Shown: positions 32,260-41,182 of the stretch, piece by piece | How the letters are laid out: every line of letters starts with the position of its first letter | Numbering within the stretch: the first letter of the stretch is position 1 | NCBI RefSeq assembly: GCF_051860505.1 | Contig: NZ_JBHYDX010000020.1 | Span: forward strand, 9,057-73,056 | DNA length: 64,000 nucleotides | Source: Pannonibacter sp. | GTDB lineage: Bacteria; Pseudomonadota; Alphaproteobacteria; Rhizobiales; Stappiaceae | Reading direction: 5' to 3' | The notes under the pieces: model-generated | What the model was told of the DNA's origin: nothing | Seen by the model: the letters and a program-made list of their open reading frames with translations, nothing else | Databases searched by the model: none | Translations under genes and position numbers: made by a program

Positions 32260-33354
32260 TCAGCCCGGCGTGCCAGCAGCGGGGGCTGCCTGACAGATCA
32301 GCGGTCCCGCCGGCTGGAGCGGTGCCCCGGTCAACTCCGCCAGCCGGTCAGCCGGGCGGCCGGTGATGCGGGCCCAGAGCCAGCCGCCGTCGCCCTCACC
32401 CATGCGCCGGTGGCTCAGGTCGCGCTCGGCCGGGATGCCGCTCGCTGCGCCGTCGCGCAGATCCGCCAGGGCAAATTGGAACACATAGTCCGGGGTCATG
32501 CCCATGCGCAGGTCCGAGACGACAAGACGCCCGTCGCGCTCTTCGGCTTTCAGGAAGCCACGGCTGAACCAGGCGAGCTTGGCATAGGCATCGCTGCCTG
32601 CAACGCAGGCGGCAAGGTCCGGACGGCGGGGATGGGTGTAGACTGGCACCGGATCTGGCCCGTCGACCAGCGACAGGTAGACATTGTGATAGGCCTCATC
32701 CTCCAGGGCGATGACCTTCCACATCACCGTATTGAAGGGACCGGCAATCGCAAGCACCTGCTCGGGTACGATCCCGCGAGCGGCAAAGACCTCACGTGCC
32801 CGCGCCTCCATCTGTGACTGGATGACGACACCCCAGCCGAGATAGGCCGTGCTGAGCACCAGGGCCACCGCGACACCCCGGCCAAGCGCCCGGCTCCAGC
32901 CGGAGCGGACCAGCGCCCAGACGGTCACAGCCAGGAGCGGCAGCGTATAGAGCGGATCCGCGATGAACACCGAGCCGACGCCGACCGGATCGGGGAAGAC
33001 CGGCCAGAACAGACGCGTGCCGTAGATCGTCATGGCGTCCAGCAAGGCATGTGTCGACAGGCACAGGAATACCGTCAGCATGGCCAGGAGCCGTGCCTCG
33101 CGCAGGCCCTTGAACAGCCGCACCAACCCCTCGCCCAGCAACGGAGCGGCCAGGGCATGCACAAACAGCGAATGGGTCCAGCCGCGGTGATAGACGAAGC
33201 TGTCCACCGGATCGGCAAAGGGGATGAGGACATCGAGGTCCGGCAAGGTGCCAAGCACACCGCCAATCAACGCCGCCTTGCGCGCGCCAACCTTCGGACC
33301 GATGACAAGGGCGGACACGGCGGCGCCGAGAACAAACTGCGAGAGGGAATCCAT
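32260..33354 (-). CDS. membrane-bound metal-dependent hydrolase (YdjM/DUF457 family) with ~180-aa C-terminal extension
   Basis: Start at the ATG at 33354 (MDSLSQFVLGAAVSA...LPDLDVLIP...HRGWTHSL, the DUF457 signature). The track start is 33447. Confidence 0.7.
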   Translation of the reverse strand: MDSLSQFVLGAAVSALVIGPKVGARKAALIGGVLGTLPDLDVLIPFADPVDSFVYHRGWTHSLFVHALAAPLLGEGLVRLFKGLREARLLAMLTVFLCLSTHALLDAMTIYGTRLFWPVFPDPVGVGSVFIADPLYTLPLLAVTVWALVRSGWSRALGRGVAVALVLSTAYLGWGVVIQSQMEARAREVFAARGIVPEQVLAIAGPFNTVMWKVIALEDEAYHNVYLSLVDGPDPVPVYTHPRRPDLAACVAGSDAYAKLAWFSRGFLKAEERDGRLVVSDLRMGMTPDYVFQFALADLRDGAASGIPAERDLSHRRMGEGDGGWLWARITGRPADRLAELTGAPLQPAGPLICQAAPAAGTPG

Positions 33355-33495
33355 AAACCAGCCATTTTGGCCCAAGATGCGGGCTGAGTTGAGAAACGCC
33401 TTCTGATCTGGCATCTGGCTTACGGCTATACAACCCTTCGGGATCATCGCCGGTCCGGATATCTTAACTCAGCCCCTTCCCTCCCGGACATCCAG

Positions 33496-34527
33496 TCAGC
33501 TGACACCGGCCTTCTTCAGCACCTTTCTGAACCGGGCGGCTACCTTGGCAAAGCCGTCGTCGGTGCCGTGGATCTCGTCGATCCAGTCGGCGACGTCCGA
33601 CATGGCCCCACGACAGTCGACCAGCCAGATGTTGGTCTGTTTCGGATCGCCGGCGACATCACTGAGCATGTCGTAGAGCGCATCGACCAGGAACTTGATG
33701 ATGTTCCGGCGCAAGTCGCGGTCCTTGATCTTGCGCGCATCGAGTGGTTCGCCAAGCCACTCGTTCTTCTTGGCGTGTTTCGGCTTGCGCGGATCGTCGG
33801 GACTGTCCGGATACGGAAACGCGTAATCATAGCCGTGTATGAAAATCGGAACCTTGGCGAACTCCTTGTACTGGCGGATGTTGCCAATGACATGCCGATA
33901 GGCCTCGTCGAGATAGGCGATCTTCTGGGCCAGCACCGCCATGTTGATGTGCCCGGCGACGTCCGTGACATTGCCGTTGAAGTTCTTCAGCATGTCATGC
34001 AGCACGGCCACGCCGGTTTCCGGATCCTCACCGATGATGTCATTTCCAGCGGCGGAGAAGAGGAACCCCTTGACGTGCTTTCGCTGCGTCCACAAGGCCG
34101 CCAGATACTCGGTCCCGTTGTCCCCGGTAGGGCCATAGACCATGTTCTGCGCCGTGTCGCCCGCAGCTCCAACGGAATAAATGAGATAGTCCTTGCCGAG
34201 CTGGTCGATGACGTCCTTCACCAGCAAGGGAAACTGATGCCAGCTGTCCCCCTCCTCGACCAGAACGGGCAGCTTTTCGCCAGCGTTCAGCCGGTTGCGG
34301 AAGGTCACCTGACGGCGCCAGCGCGAGACGCTGTTGCCGATCTGCAGCGCATTCTCGAGTTCTTCGAGATCCGGCGTCATGACGACTTTCTTCGGGTCAG
34401 GCCGCAGTTCGAAGTCAAAGCCGCCGCGTCCCTTGCGCACGACCGACACAGCAAGAATCTGTTCGTCGGTCGTTGCAGGGTCGGTCAGGAGAGCGAGATA
34501 GTCCGGATAGCTGATTTTCTTTGCCAT
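33496..34527 (-). CDS. cytoplasmic SGNH/GDSL-type hydrolase with uncharacterised ~95-aa N-terminal domain
   Basis: 343 aa from the ATG at 34527 (MAKKISYPDYL), with a GGGAGGAA RBS. All four SGNH blocks are present in order: I VLVEEGDSW, II SVGAAGDT, III FSAAGNDIIG, V DWIDEIHGT. No signal peptide. By eye the gene is more A/T-rich than its neighbours. Confidence 0.6.
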   Translation of the reverse strand: MAKKISYPDYLALLTDPATTDEQILAVSVVRKGRGGFDFELRPDPKKVVMTPDLEELENALQIGNSVSRWRRQVTFRNRLNAGEKLPVLVEEGDSWHQFPLLVKDVIDQLGKDYLIYSVGAAGDTAQNMVYGPTGDNGTEYLAALWTQRKHVKGFLFSAAGNDIIGEDPETGVAVLHDMLKNFNGNVTDVAGHINMAVLAQKIAYLDEAYRHVIGNIRQYKEFAKVPIFIHGYDYAFPYPDSPDDPRKPKHAKKNEWLGEPLDARKIKDRDLRRNIIKFLVDALYDMLSDVAGDPKQTNIWLVDCRGAMSDVADWIDEIHGTDDGFAKVAARFRKVLKKAGVS

Positions 34528-34670
34528 GCGTTCCTCCCGAGGAGCACGTACCGGCGTCTGCCGGACTGCCGGTGGCGCCTCGGCAAGGACTAGCCTGCCG
34601 CTGCGGAACATCCTAAACTCTGAATTGCAGGGCGCGCAATACGCATCATATGACCTGCGAAGGAGCGATC

Positions 34671-35732
34671 ATGGGTATTTCGCTGGAACACCTAGGCGAC
34701 AGCCTCATGGAAGCGGCCGCCAAACGCGTCCGTGACCGCCTGCCGGCCCTCGCAAAATCGAAGACCTTCGCCCGGCGCGGTCTGGTTTCTCCGACCGAAA
34801 CCAAAGCCCGCATCACCCGCTATGTCGAGGCCACCAGCCGCGCCATCCTGCCGGAACGTGCGGCGGCCCGGGCTGATATCACAACGGGCCAGGAAGCCCT
34901 GATCGGCACCAACGATCTCTTGTCCATCGAGTTCCTTGAGGCCGGGCTGCTGGCGGCGCGCGCCGTGGGGCGGATCGAGATCATGGGAACCGGCCTTTTC
35001 GGCACGGGCTTCCTCGTCGGAGATCGCCTGCTCCTCACCAATCACCATGTCCTTCCGGCCCCAGCGCTCGCCGGAGCAACGGTGGTCACCTTTGGTCACG
35101 AGGAGCAAAAGTTCGGAACGCCCAGCGTTCCGGCAGACTTTGCTCTTGAACCGGCCCGGTTCTGGCTGACGGATTCCGAGCATGATTTCACCCTGGTCGC
35201 CCTGTCGGCGCAAAGCGATCTGGGCGTGTCCCTCGACAGCTTCGGCTGGCACCCGCTGCATGAGGAAGGCAAGATCCTCGAGGGCCATCCGGTTGCCATC
35301 GTGCAGCACCCGCAAGGCCGGCCGAAAACAATTGCCCTGCACAACAGCTATTTCCTCATCGTCGACAATGCCTCACCTGACGACCAGTTCTGCTGGTACT
35401 CCGGCGATACGGAGCGCGGCAGTTCCGGTTCGCCCGTGTTCAATCGCGACTGGCAGGTGGTGGCGCTGCATCACAAGGCGGTGCCACGCACCAACTCGCG
35501 CAACGAGATCCTCGACAAGTTCGGCAAGACCATGAGCGAGGCGCGCTACAAGGCCAATCCGGATCTGGTCGACTATGTCGCCAACGAGGGCGTGCGTGCT
35601 TCGCGGCTCAGACGAACCATCGCGTCCGCTTCCCTGGGCGATCCGGCTCAAGCCGCGCTGCGCGATGGCCTCATCGCCTTGTGGGACAGCCCCAAGGGCC
35701 GTTCCCTGCGCGCGCGTTTCCCAGCCCCGTGA
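34671..35732 (+). CDS. intracellular trypsin-like (S1/Trypsin_2) serine protease with N- and C-terminal extensions
   Basis: 353 aa from the ATG at 34671, with an AAGGAG RBS. Catalytic triad context: LLLTNHHVL (His), SEHDFTLVAL (Asp), GDTERGSSGSPVF (Ser). No signal peptide. The ~110-aa N-terminal region contains ALIGTNDLLSIEFLEAG. Confidence 0.75.
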   Translation: MGISLEHLGDSLMEAAAKRVRDRLPALAKSKTFARRGLVSPTETKARITRYVEATSRAILPERAAARADITTGQEALIGTNDLLSIEFLEAGLLAARAVGRIEIMGTGLFGTGFLVGDRLLLTNHHVLPAPALAGATVVTFGHEEQKFGTPSVPADFALEPARFWLTDSEHDFTLVALSAQSDLGVSLDSFGWHPLHEEGKILEGHPVAIVQHPQGRPKTIALHNSYFLIVDNASPDDQFCWYSGDTERGSSGSPVFNRDWQVVALHHKAVPRTNSRNEILDKFGKTMSEARYKANPDLVDYVANEGVRASRLRRTIASASLGDPAQAALRDGLIALWDSPKGRSLRARFPAP

Positions 35733-35746
35733 AAAACTCCCCCTGA

Positions 35747-36181
35747 CTACCGTGGCCGCGCCTTCAAGGTCGCCAGCATCAGGCTGGTCTCCGTCGCGGC
35801 GACACCTTCGATCATGCGAATGCGATTGAGCGCTGCATCGAAACTGGCAAGATCGGGAGTGGCAAGATCAATGACCAGGTCCCAGCGACCGTTCGTTGAA
35901 TGGATTGCACGGGCTTCCGGCATTCCGGTAATGCGCCGGATGACGCCGTCAGAGCGCTTGCCTTCGATGGCCAGCAGCATCACTGCCCGGATCGGCAGGT
36001 CCTGCGCTTCGTTGCGCAGAACAGCGGTAAAACCCTGGATCTCTCCAGTGGCGATCAGCCGGTCAAGCCGGCTGCGAATGGTCGCGCGGGACAGATCCAG
36101 ATCGAGCGCCAGATCCGAAATCGACCGACGACCATCCTGGCGCAGGGCCGCGATCAGTGCCCGATCGGTCTCATCCAGCAT
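35747..36181 (-). CDS. Lrp/AsnC family transcriptional regulator
   Basis: Start at the ATG at 36181 (MLDETDRALIAALRQDGRRSISDLALDLDLSRATIRSRLDRL). Divergent from the arginase gene. Confidence 0.85.
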   Translation of the reverse strand: MLDETDRALIAALRQDGRRSISDLALDLDLSRATIRSRLDRLIATGEIQGFTAVLRNEAQDLPIRAVMLLAIEGKRSDGVIRRITGMPEARAIHSTNGRWDLVIDLATPDLASFDAALNRIRMIEGVAATETSLMLATLKARPR

Positions 36182-36306
36182 GATTTTTCCATTTTGCTCG
36201 AACGCACTTTTCAATCTGCGCAAAGATACGCGCATTTTGGGCGCTTATCCAAGTTCTTTCCGCCGCTTTTGTCAGTCATTCTATTTAGAAATGTCAGCTG
36301 CTGCGG

Positions 36307-37248
36307 ATGGAGGATCCCTTGCGCTCAATCGCCCTGCTGGGTGCGCCGATCGAGGAAGGCGCCGGACGACGGGGCTGCGTGATGGGCCCTGCCGCCTATC
36401 GCACGGCCGGTCTTGTCGAGGAGTTGGAGGCGCTTGGCCTCATGGTCACCGATCTTGGCGATGCCGCACCGGATGCCGCGCTTGATGTTCCTGGTGACGA
36501 TCCGAAGCTGAAGCACCTGCGCAAGGTCGCCGGCTGGACGCGCAGCCTTGCCCGCCACGCTGAAGAGCTGGCCATGGGGCCACAGCTGCCGATCTACATG
36601 GGCGGTGATCATGCGCTGGCGCTCGGCACGCTGGCCGGCCACGCCGCCGCAGCCGCAAGGCTCGGGCGCCCGCTGTTCGTGCTGTGGCTAGACGCGCACT
36701 CCGACTTCAACACGTTCGAAAGCACCGTCAGCGGCAATCTGCATGGCACTCCGCTCGCCTTTGCCTGCGGACTGCCGGGCTTTGACGTCCTGATGGGCGA
36801 ACCGCTCAAGCACACGGTGGATCCGGCCAATCTTTGCCTTCTCGGCCTCAGGTCGGTCGATCCACCGGAACGGCGCATGATCAAGGATCTCGGTGTGACA
36901 GCGCATGACATGCGGGCCATTGACGAGACCGGTATCGCCCGGCTGCTCGGGCCGTTCCTGGACCGCTGCGCCGCCGCAAACGGCCTTTTGCATGTCAGCC
37001 TCGACGTCGATTTCATCGATCCGGATATCGCGCCGGCCGTGGGCACGACAGTGCCCGGCGGCGTCACGTTCCGCGAGGCGCATCTGGTGATGGAGATGCT
37101 GCATGACAGCGGCCTCGTCACCTCGCTCGATCTCGTCGAACTCAACCCCTTCCTGGACGACCGGGGCCGCACCGCGCGGCTGATGGTCGATCTGACAGCC
37201 AGCCTGTTCGGCCGGCGCATCATGGACCGTCCGACCCGGAGTTTCTGA
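36307..37248 (+). CDS. arginase
   Basis: 313 aa. Ureohydrolase Mn-binding motifs GGDHALA, LDAHSDFNT and SLDVDFIDPDIAPAVGT. Confidence 0.85.
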   Translation: MEDPLRSIALLGAPIEEGAGRRGCVMGPAAYRTAGLVEELEALGLMVTDLGDAAPDAALDVPGDDPKLKHLRKVAGWTRSLARHAEELAMGPQLPIYMGGDHALALGTLAGHAAAAARLGRPLFVLWLDAHSDFNTFESTVSGNLHGTPLAFACGLPGFDVLMGEPLKHTVDPANLCLLGLRSVDPPERRMIKDLGVTAHDMRAIDETGIARLLGPFLDRCAAANGLLHVSLDVDFIDPDIAPAVGTTVPGGVTFREAHLVMEMLHDSGLVTSLDLVELNPFLDDRGRTARLMVDLTASLFGRRIMDRPTRSF

Positions 37249-37250
37249 TC

Positions 37251-38321
37251 ATGGCCTATGCCCCGTCAAAACTTGCTCTCGTGCCCTTCGTCAGCGTTGA
37301 AAACATGCTGCGACTGGTCAACACCATCGGCATTGAAACCTTCCTGACCGAGCTTGCCGGCTTCATCGAGGAAGACTTCCGCCGCTGGCCTCTGTTCGAC
37401 AAGACGCCGCGCGTGGCGTCCCACTCGCGCGAAGGCGTCATTGAGCTGATGCCGACATCGGATGACGTCTCCTACGGCTTCAAATACGTGAACGGCCATC
37501 CTAAAAACACGCAGACCGGCCGCCAGACGGTGACCGCCTTCGGCGTAATGGCGGAAGTCCAGACCGGTTATCCGGTGCTGATCACCGAGATGACCCTGCT
37601 GACTGCGCTACGAACGGCGGCAATGTCGGCGGTCGCCGCCAAATACCTGGCACCGAAGACGGCCCGGTCCATGGCCCTGATCGGCAATGGCGCGCAATCC
37701 GAATTCCAGGCGCTCGCCTTCAAGACCCTGCTCGGCGTCGACCGGCTGCGGCTCTATGACATCGATCGTGCGGCCAGCCTGCGCTGCGCCCGCAATCTCT
37801 CCGGCTTCGGGCTGGATGTTACCGTCTGCACCGCCCCGGAAGCCGCCGTCGAGGGCGTCGACATCATCACCACGGCGACGGCCGACAAGCAGCTTGCCAC
37901 GATCCTCACCGACAACATGGTCGCCTCGGGACAGCACATCAACGCCGTCGGCGGCGACTGCCCCGGCAAGACCGAGTTGCACCGGGATATCCTGCTGCGG
38001 TCCGATATTTTTGTCGAATACACACCACAGACCCGGATCGAGGGCGAGATCCAGCAGTTGCGCCCAACCCACCCGGTGACAGAGCTGTGGCAGGTCATGA
38101 CCGGCGCCGCCGAGGGCAGGACGTCCGAGCGGCAGATCACGCTGTTCGATTCCGTCGGTTTCGCAGTCGAGGATTTTTCGGCGCTGCGCTATCTGAAATC
38201 GCTGATCGGCCGGGTGCAGGCCTATGAAATGCTGGACCTTCTGGCGGATCCCGATGATCCGCGCGACCTGTTCGGCATGGTGCTGAGGGCGCGCGCCGAA
38301 CTGACTGATCTGGCGTCCTGA
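37251..38321 (+). CDS. ocd: ornithine cyclodeaminase
   Basis: 356 aa. The N-terminus (PFVSVENMLRLVNTIGIETFLTELAGFIEEDFRRWPLFDKTPRVASHS) and IGNGAQSEFQA Rossmann motif match the Agrobacterium/Sinorhizobium OCD type. It starts 3 nt after the arginase stop. Confidence 0.85.
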   Translation: MAYAPSKLALVPFVSVENMLRLVNTIGIETFLTELAGFIEEDFRRWPLFDKTPRVASHSREGVIELMPTSDDVSYGFKYVNGHPKNTQTGRQTVTAFGVMAEVQTGYPVLITEMTLLTALRTAAMSAVAAKYLAPKTARSMALIGNGAQSEFQALAFKTLLGVDRLRLYDIDRAASLRCARNLSGFGLDVTVCTAPEAAVEGVDIITTATADKQLATILTDNMVASGQHINAVGGDCPGKTELHRDILLRSDIFVEYTPQTRIEGEIQQLRPTHPVTELWQVMTGAAEGRTSERQITLFDSVGFAVEDFSALRYLKSLIGRVQAYEMLDLLADPDDPRDLFGMVLRARAELTDLAS

Positions 38322-38327
38322 AGCAGG

Positions 38328-39113
38328 TCAGCCGAGGTTGGGCGCGTTGCCGGGAACGAAGACATAGTCCCAGATGCCGGTGCGCTCCGCTTCGCGATAG
38401 CCGAGGCTTTGAAGAACCAGGCTGACCTCGGCGTGATTGGCTTCGAAGATTTCGATGAAGATCACGGGGCGGTGGCGTGCAAGAAACATCCGTGCGCCTT
38501 GCAGGACAGCAGCCTCGAAGCCTTCGACGTCAATCTTCACCAGATCCACGTGATCGAGAGCCAGATCCTCTGCAAGCGTATCCAGGCGAGCCAGTCGGAG
38601 ATCACCATCCGGGTCCGCAGCCATGACCGCAGCCCCGCTGTTGCGGGCGGTGAAATGCGCCACCCGCGCGCGGCCATCCTCGGCGCCAAGAGCGATCTGA
38701 TGTGCCTCGATCCGGTCGCCGAAGCCGTTTGCAGCGATGTTTCGGCGCAAAAGGGCATGGTTTGCCGGCGCCGGTTCGAAACAGACAAGACGCCGCGCCT
38801 TGCGGTGAAACGCCCAGTAGAGCGCGTGGTTGCCGATGTTCGCTCCAATGTCGAGGATGACGGCAGCCTCGGGCAGGTAGCGATCAGCAACTGCCAGTTC
38901 CGTGCGGGCGGTGAAGTTCCGTGCCCGGAAAATGTCCCGTTGCAACGCATCATCGGCGAGGTCCGGCAAATGCATCAGCACCCCGCCGGCAAGTTCGACT
39001 GGCTGATCCGCCTGGCGGATCTGCGCCTTGAGAAACTCGATGTCCTCGCGCAGTTCGCGCACCACGCGGGTGCGCTTCACCAGACTGTTCACAGCCTTCA
39101 GTACGAGTTTCAT
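38328..39113 (-). CDS. FkbM family SAM-dependent methyltransferase
   Basis: Start at the ATG at 39113 (MKLVLKAV), with a GGGGAGGG RBS. Motifs ILDIGANIGNHALY and VKIDVEGFE. The N-terminal ~45 aa look coiled-coil-like. Confidence 0.75.
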   Translation of the reverse strand: MKLVLKAVNSLVKRTRVVRELREDIEFLKAQIRQADQPVELAGGVLMHLPDLADDALQRDIFRARNFTARTELAVADRYLPEAAVILDIGANIGNHALYWAFHRKARRLVCFEPAPANHALLRRNIAANGFGDRIEAHQIALGAEDGRARVAHFTARNSGAAVMAADPDGDLRLARLDTLAEDLALDHVDLVKIDVEGFEAAVLQGARMFLARHRPVIFIEIFEANHAEVSLVLQSLGYREAERTGIWDYVFVPGNAPNLG

Positions 39114-39241
39114 GCGCCCTCCCCGATCCGGCTCACGCCACCGGAGGACTGAGCTGCCAGTCCTTACGTTACGGTCTTCATTTGCAACGTCAATGCCTCG
39201 AGGCAAACCTTTGCATTGACTCAGTCATGTCGGTTCCGCAG

Positions 39242-39616
39242 TCAGCCGAGATCAGCCGGATCAACGCGCTCCAGCCTGCGATGCCGCAATTTCTTCGAGA
39301 CATGGGCGATCGCCTGGATCGCAGGAATGAGCTCTAGCCCAAGATCGGTCAAAGCATATTCAACCGAAGGCGGCGACGTCGGCATAACCTTACGCTGAAC
39401 CACGCCTTGCTCCTCCAGCTGGCGCAGGCGCTCGGTCAGGACCTTGGCCGAGATCGGGGGAATGTCCACGCGCAACTCGCTGAACCGGCGCGGCCCGCCG
39501 GACAGATACCAGATGATGTTCGGTGTCCATGCCCCGCCAAGCAGGGACATGCAGTCACTCAAGGGGCAGTTGCCCGGTGGATGCGGCGTCCGGTTCTTAC
39601 GCAGCTTCAAAGCCAT
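39242..39616 (-). CDS. HxlR family transcriptional regulator
   Basis: 124 aa from the ATG at 39616. CPLSDCMSLLGGAWTPNIIWYLSGGPRRFSELRVDIPPISAKVLTERLRQLEEQGVV is a canonical HxlR wHTH. Confidence 0.85.
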   Translation of the reverse strand: MALKLRKNRTPHPPGNCPLSDCMSLLGGAWTPNIIWYLSGGPRRFSELRVDIPPISAKVLTERLRQLEEQGVVQRKVMPTSPPSVEYALTDLGLELIPAIQAIAHVSKKLRHRRLERVDPADLG

Positions 39617-39776
39617 CGTGATGCTCCTGTGACAGGTGGCGAGCCTTGGAGTTACCGGTTGGTAATCCCATTCTCGTCGTAACCTATCGTACCCTGGTTT
39701 ACAAAAGTAACCATCACCTCCTACATGGGCAGCGCGGACAGCGTTTCGTCCGCATCCGAACCCCACGGAGTATGAG

Positions 39777-40388
39777 ATGAAGCTTTACTTCTCCCCCGGC
39801 GCCTGCTCGCTTGCCACGCATATCGTCCTTCGCGAACTCGATCTCGGCTTTGACAGCGAACGCGTCGACACCAAGACCAAGGTGACCGGGTCGGGTGCCA
39901 ATTTCTATGACATCAACCCGGACGGCTATGTGCCGGCGCTGCAGCTGGACAATGGCGAAATCATCACAGAAGGGGTCGCCATCCTGCAGTATCTGGCCGA
40001 CCAGCACCCGCAGTCGAAACTTGCTCCGGCACCGGGTTCCTGGGAACGCACCCAGCTGCACCGCCAGCTCAATTTTATCTCAGCCGAACTGCACAAGTCC
40101 TTCTCACCGCTGTTCCGTGGCGCCGAGGGCGATGCACGCACGGCTGCCATCGACACGCTTGGCGTCAAGTTCAAGCATTTCGACCGACTGTTTGCCGATG
40201 GCCGCCCTTATGTGATGGGCGACACCTTTACGGTGGCCGATGCCTACCTCTTCACCGTGCTGAGCTGGACACGCGTCGTCCAGGTCGACCTGTCACCGTG
40301 GCCGGTTCTCGTTGCCTATCTGGAGCGCGTTGGCGCACGCAAGCCGGTGCAGGACGCACTGGTCGCAGAAGGCCTCGTCGCCGCCTGA
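39777..40388 (+). CDS. glutathione S-transferase (beta-class-like)
   Basis: 203 aa. MKLYFSPGACSLATHIVLRE... is a bacterial GST N-terminus. Divergent from the HxlR gene. Confidence 0.85.
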   Translation: MKLYFSPGACSLATHIVLRELDLGFDSERVDTKTKVTGSGANFYDINPDGYVPALQLDNGEIITEGVAILQYLADQHPQSKLAPAPGSWERTQLHRQLNFISAELHKSFSPLFRGAEGDARTAAIDTLGVKFKHFDRLFADGRPYVMGDTFTVADAYLFTVLSWTRVVQVDLSPWPVLVAYLERVGARKPVQDALVAEGLVAA

Positions 40389-40454
40389 TACCTCTGAGGT
40401 GCCGGCCCGCCCGGTCCGGTGCCTCCCCCTCCTCTGTAACAACAGGCTGCTCAG

Positions 40455-40829
40455 ATGGATACGACGCTGGAAGACCTGAAAGCGGTCATCCTTTCCTATT
40501 TCGACGCGCTCAATCGCAGCGATGCGGAGCTGCTGGGCTCGGTCTTTCACGACAAGGCGCTCTATGCATCGACGACAGGCGGCGACGTCCGTTTCTGGTC
40601 GATGGACCACTACCTGCCCATCGTGGCGGCAAGGCCAGCCCCCGCCAGTCGCGGCGAAGCGAACAACGGCCGCATCGTCTCGATCACGATTGCAGGTCCC
40701 GATGCCGCGACAGCCATCGTTCAGATGACATTGCTTGGCCGCGACTACACCGACATCCTGTCCTTCGTGCGCCAGGACCGGCGCTGGCGGATCGCCGCCA
40801 AGGTTTTCGATTCCACCAAGAAGCCCTGA
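40455..40829 (+). CDS. NTF2-like (SnoaL/lumazine-binding-like) small protein
   Basis: 124 aa. The pattern LKAVILSYFDALNRSDAELLGSVFHDKA...RWRIAAKVF is typical of the NTF2-fold family. Confidence 0.55.
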   Translation: MDTTLEDLKAVILSYFDALNRSDAELLGSVFHDKALYASTTGGDVRFWSMDHYLPIVAARPAPASRGEANNGRIVSITIAGPDAATAIVQMTLLGRDYTDILSFVRQDRRWRIAAKVFDSTKKP

Positions 40830-40857
40830 ACGGCTTCACGGCAAAAAGGCACATGGC

Positions 40858-41067
40858 ATGCCCTATGTGAACATCAAGGTGACCCGCGAGGGCGTCACCG
40901 CCGCCCAGAAGGCGCAGCTGATCGAAGGCGTTACCACGCTGCTGTCCGATGTGCTTGGCAAGAACCCCAAAACCACCTTCGTGGTGATTGACGAAGTCGA
41001 CCTCGACAACTGGGGCATCGGCGGGCTGCCCGTGACCGAGTTCCGGCAGCGGCAGGCAAAGACCTGA
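40858..41067 (+). CDS. 4-oxalocrotonate tautomerase family protein
   Basis: 69 aa starting MPYVNIKVT (catalytic Pro1 after Met removal). This is an internal ATG of track ORF 40735..41067. Confidence 0.8.
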   Translation: MPYVNIKVTREGVTAAQKAQLIEGVTTLLSDVLGKNPKTTFVVIDEVDLDNWGIGGLPVTEFRQRQAKT

Positions 41068-41101
41068 CCACGCGACTGGCACCGTCCTGTCACTGGACAT
41101 G

Positions 41102-41137
41102 AAAAGGCCGGGCATTCTTCCGAATGCCCGGCCTTTT
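41102..41137. terminator. bidirectional rho-independent terminator
   Basis: AAAAGGCCGGGCATTC-TTCC-GAATGCCCGGCCTTTT, a perfect 16-bp stem with A/T runs on both sides. It lies between the convergent 4-OT gene and ilvD. Confidence 0.8.
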
Positions 41138-41182
41138 ATCTGATTGCATCTGCGGTGGGACGGACAGGCCCGCCCGTCCGGA

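Noticed and set aside
38328-39113. The FkbM methyltransferase as part of a larger glycan or natural-product cluster.
   Set aside because: It is flanked by unrelated genes (ocd and an HxlR regulator), with no glycosyltransferase or PKS/NRPS context in the window. It is an isolated gene and nothing further can be inferred.
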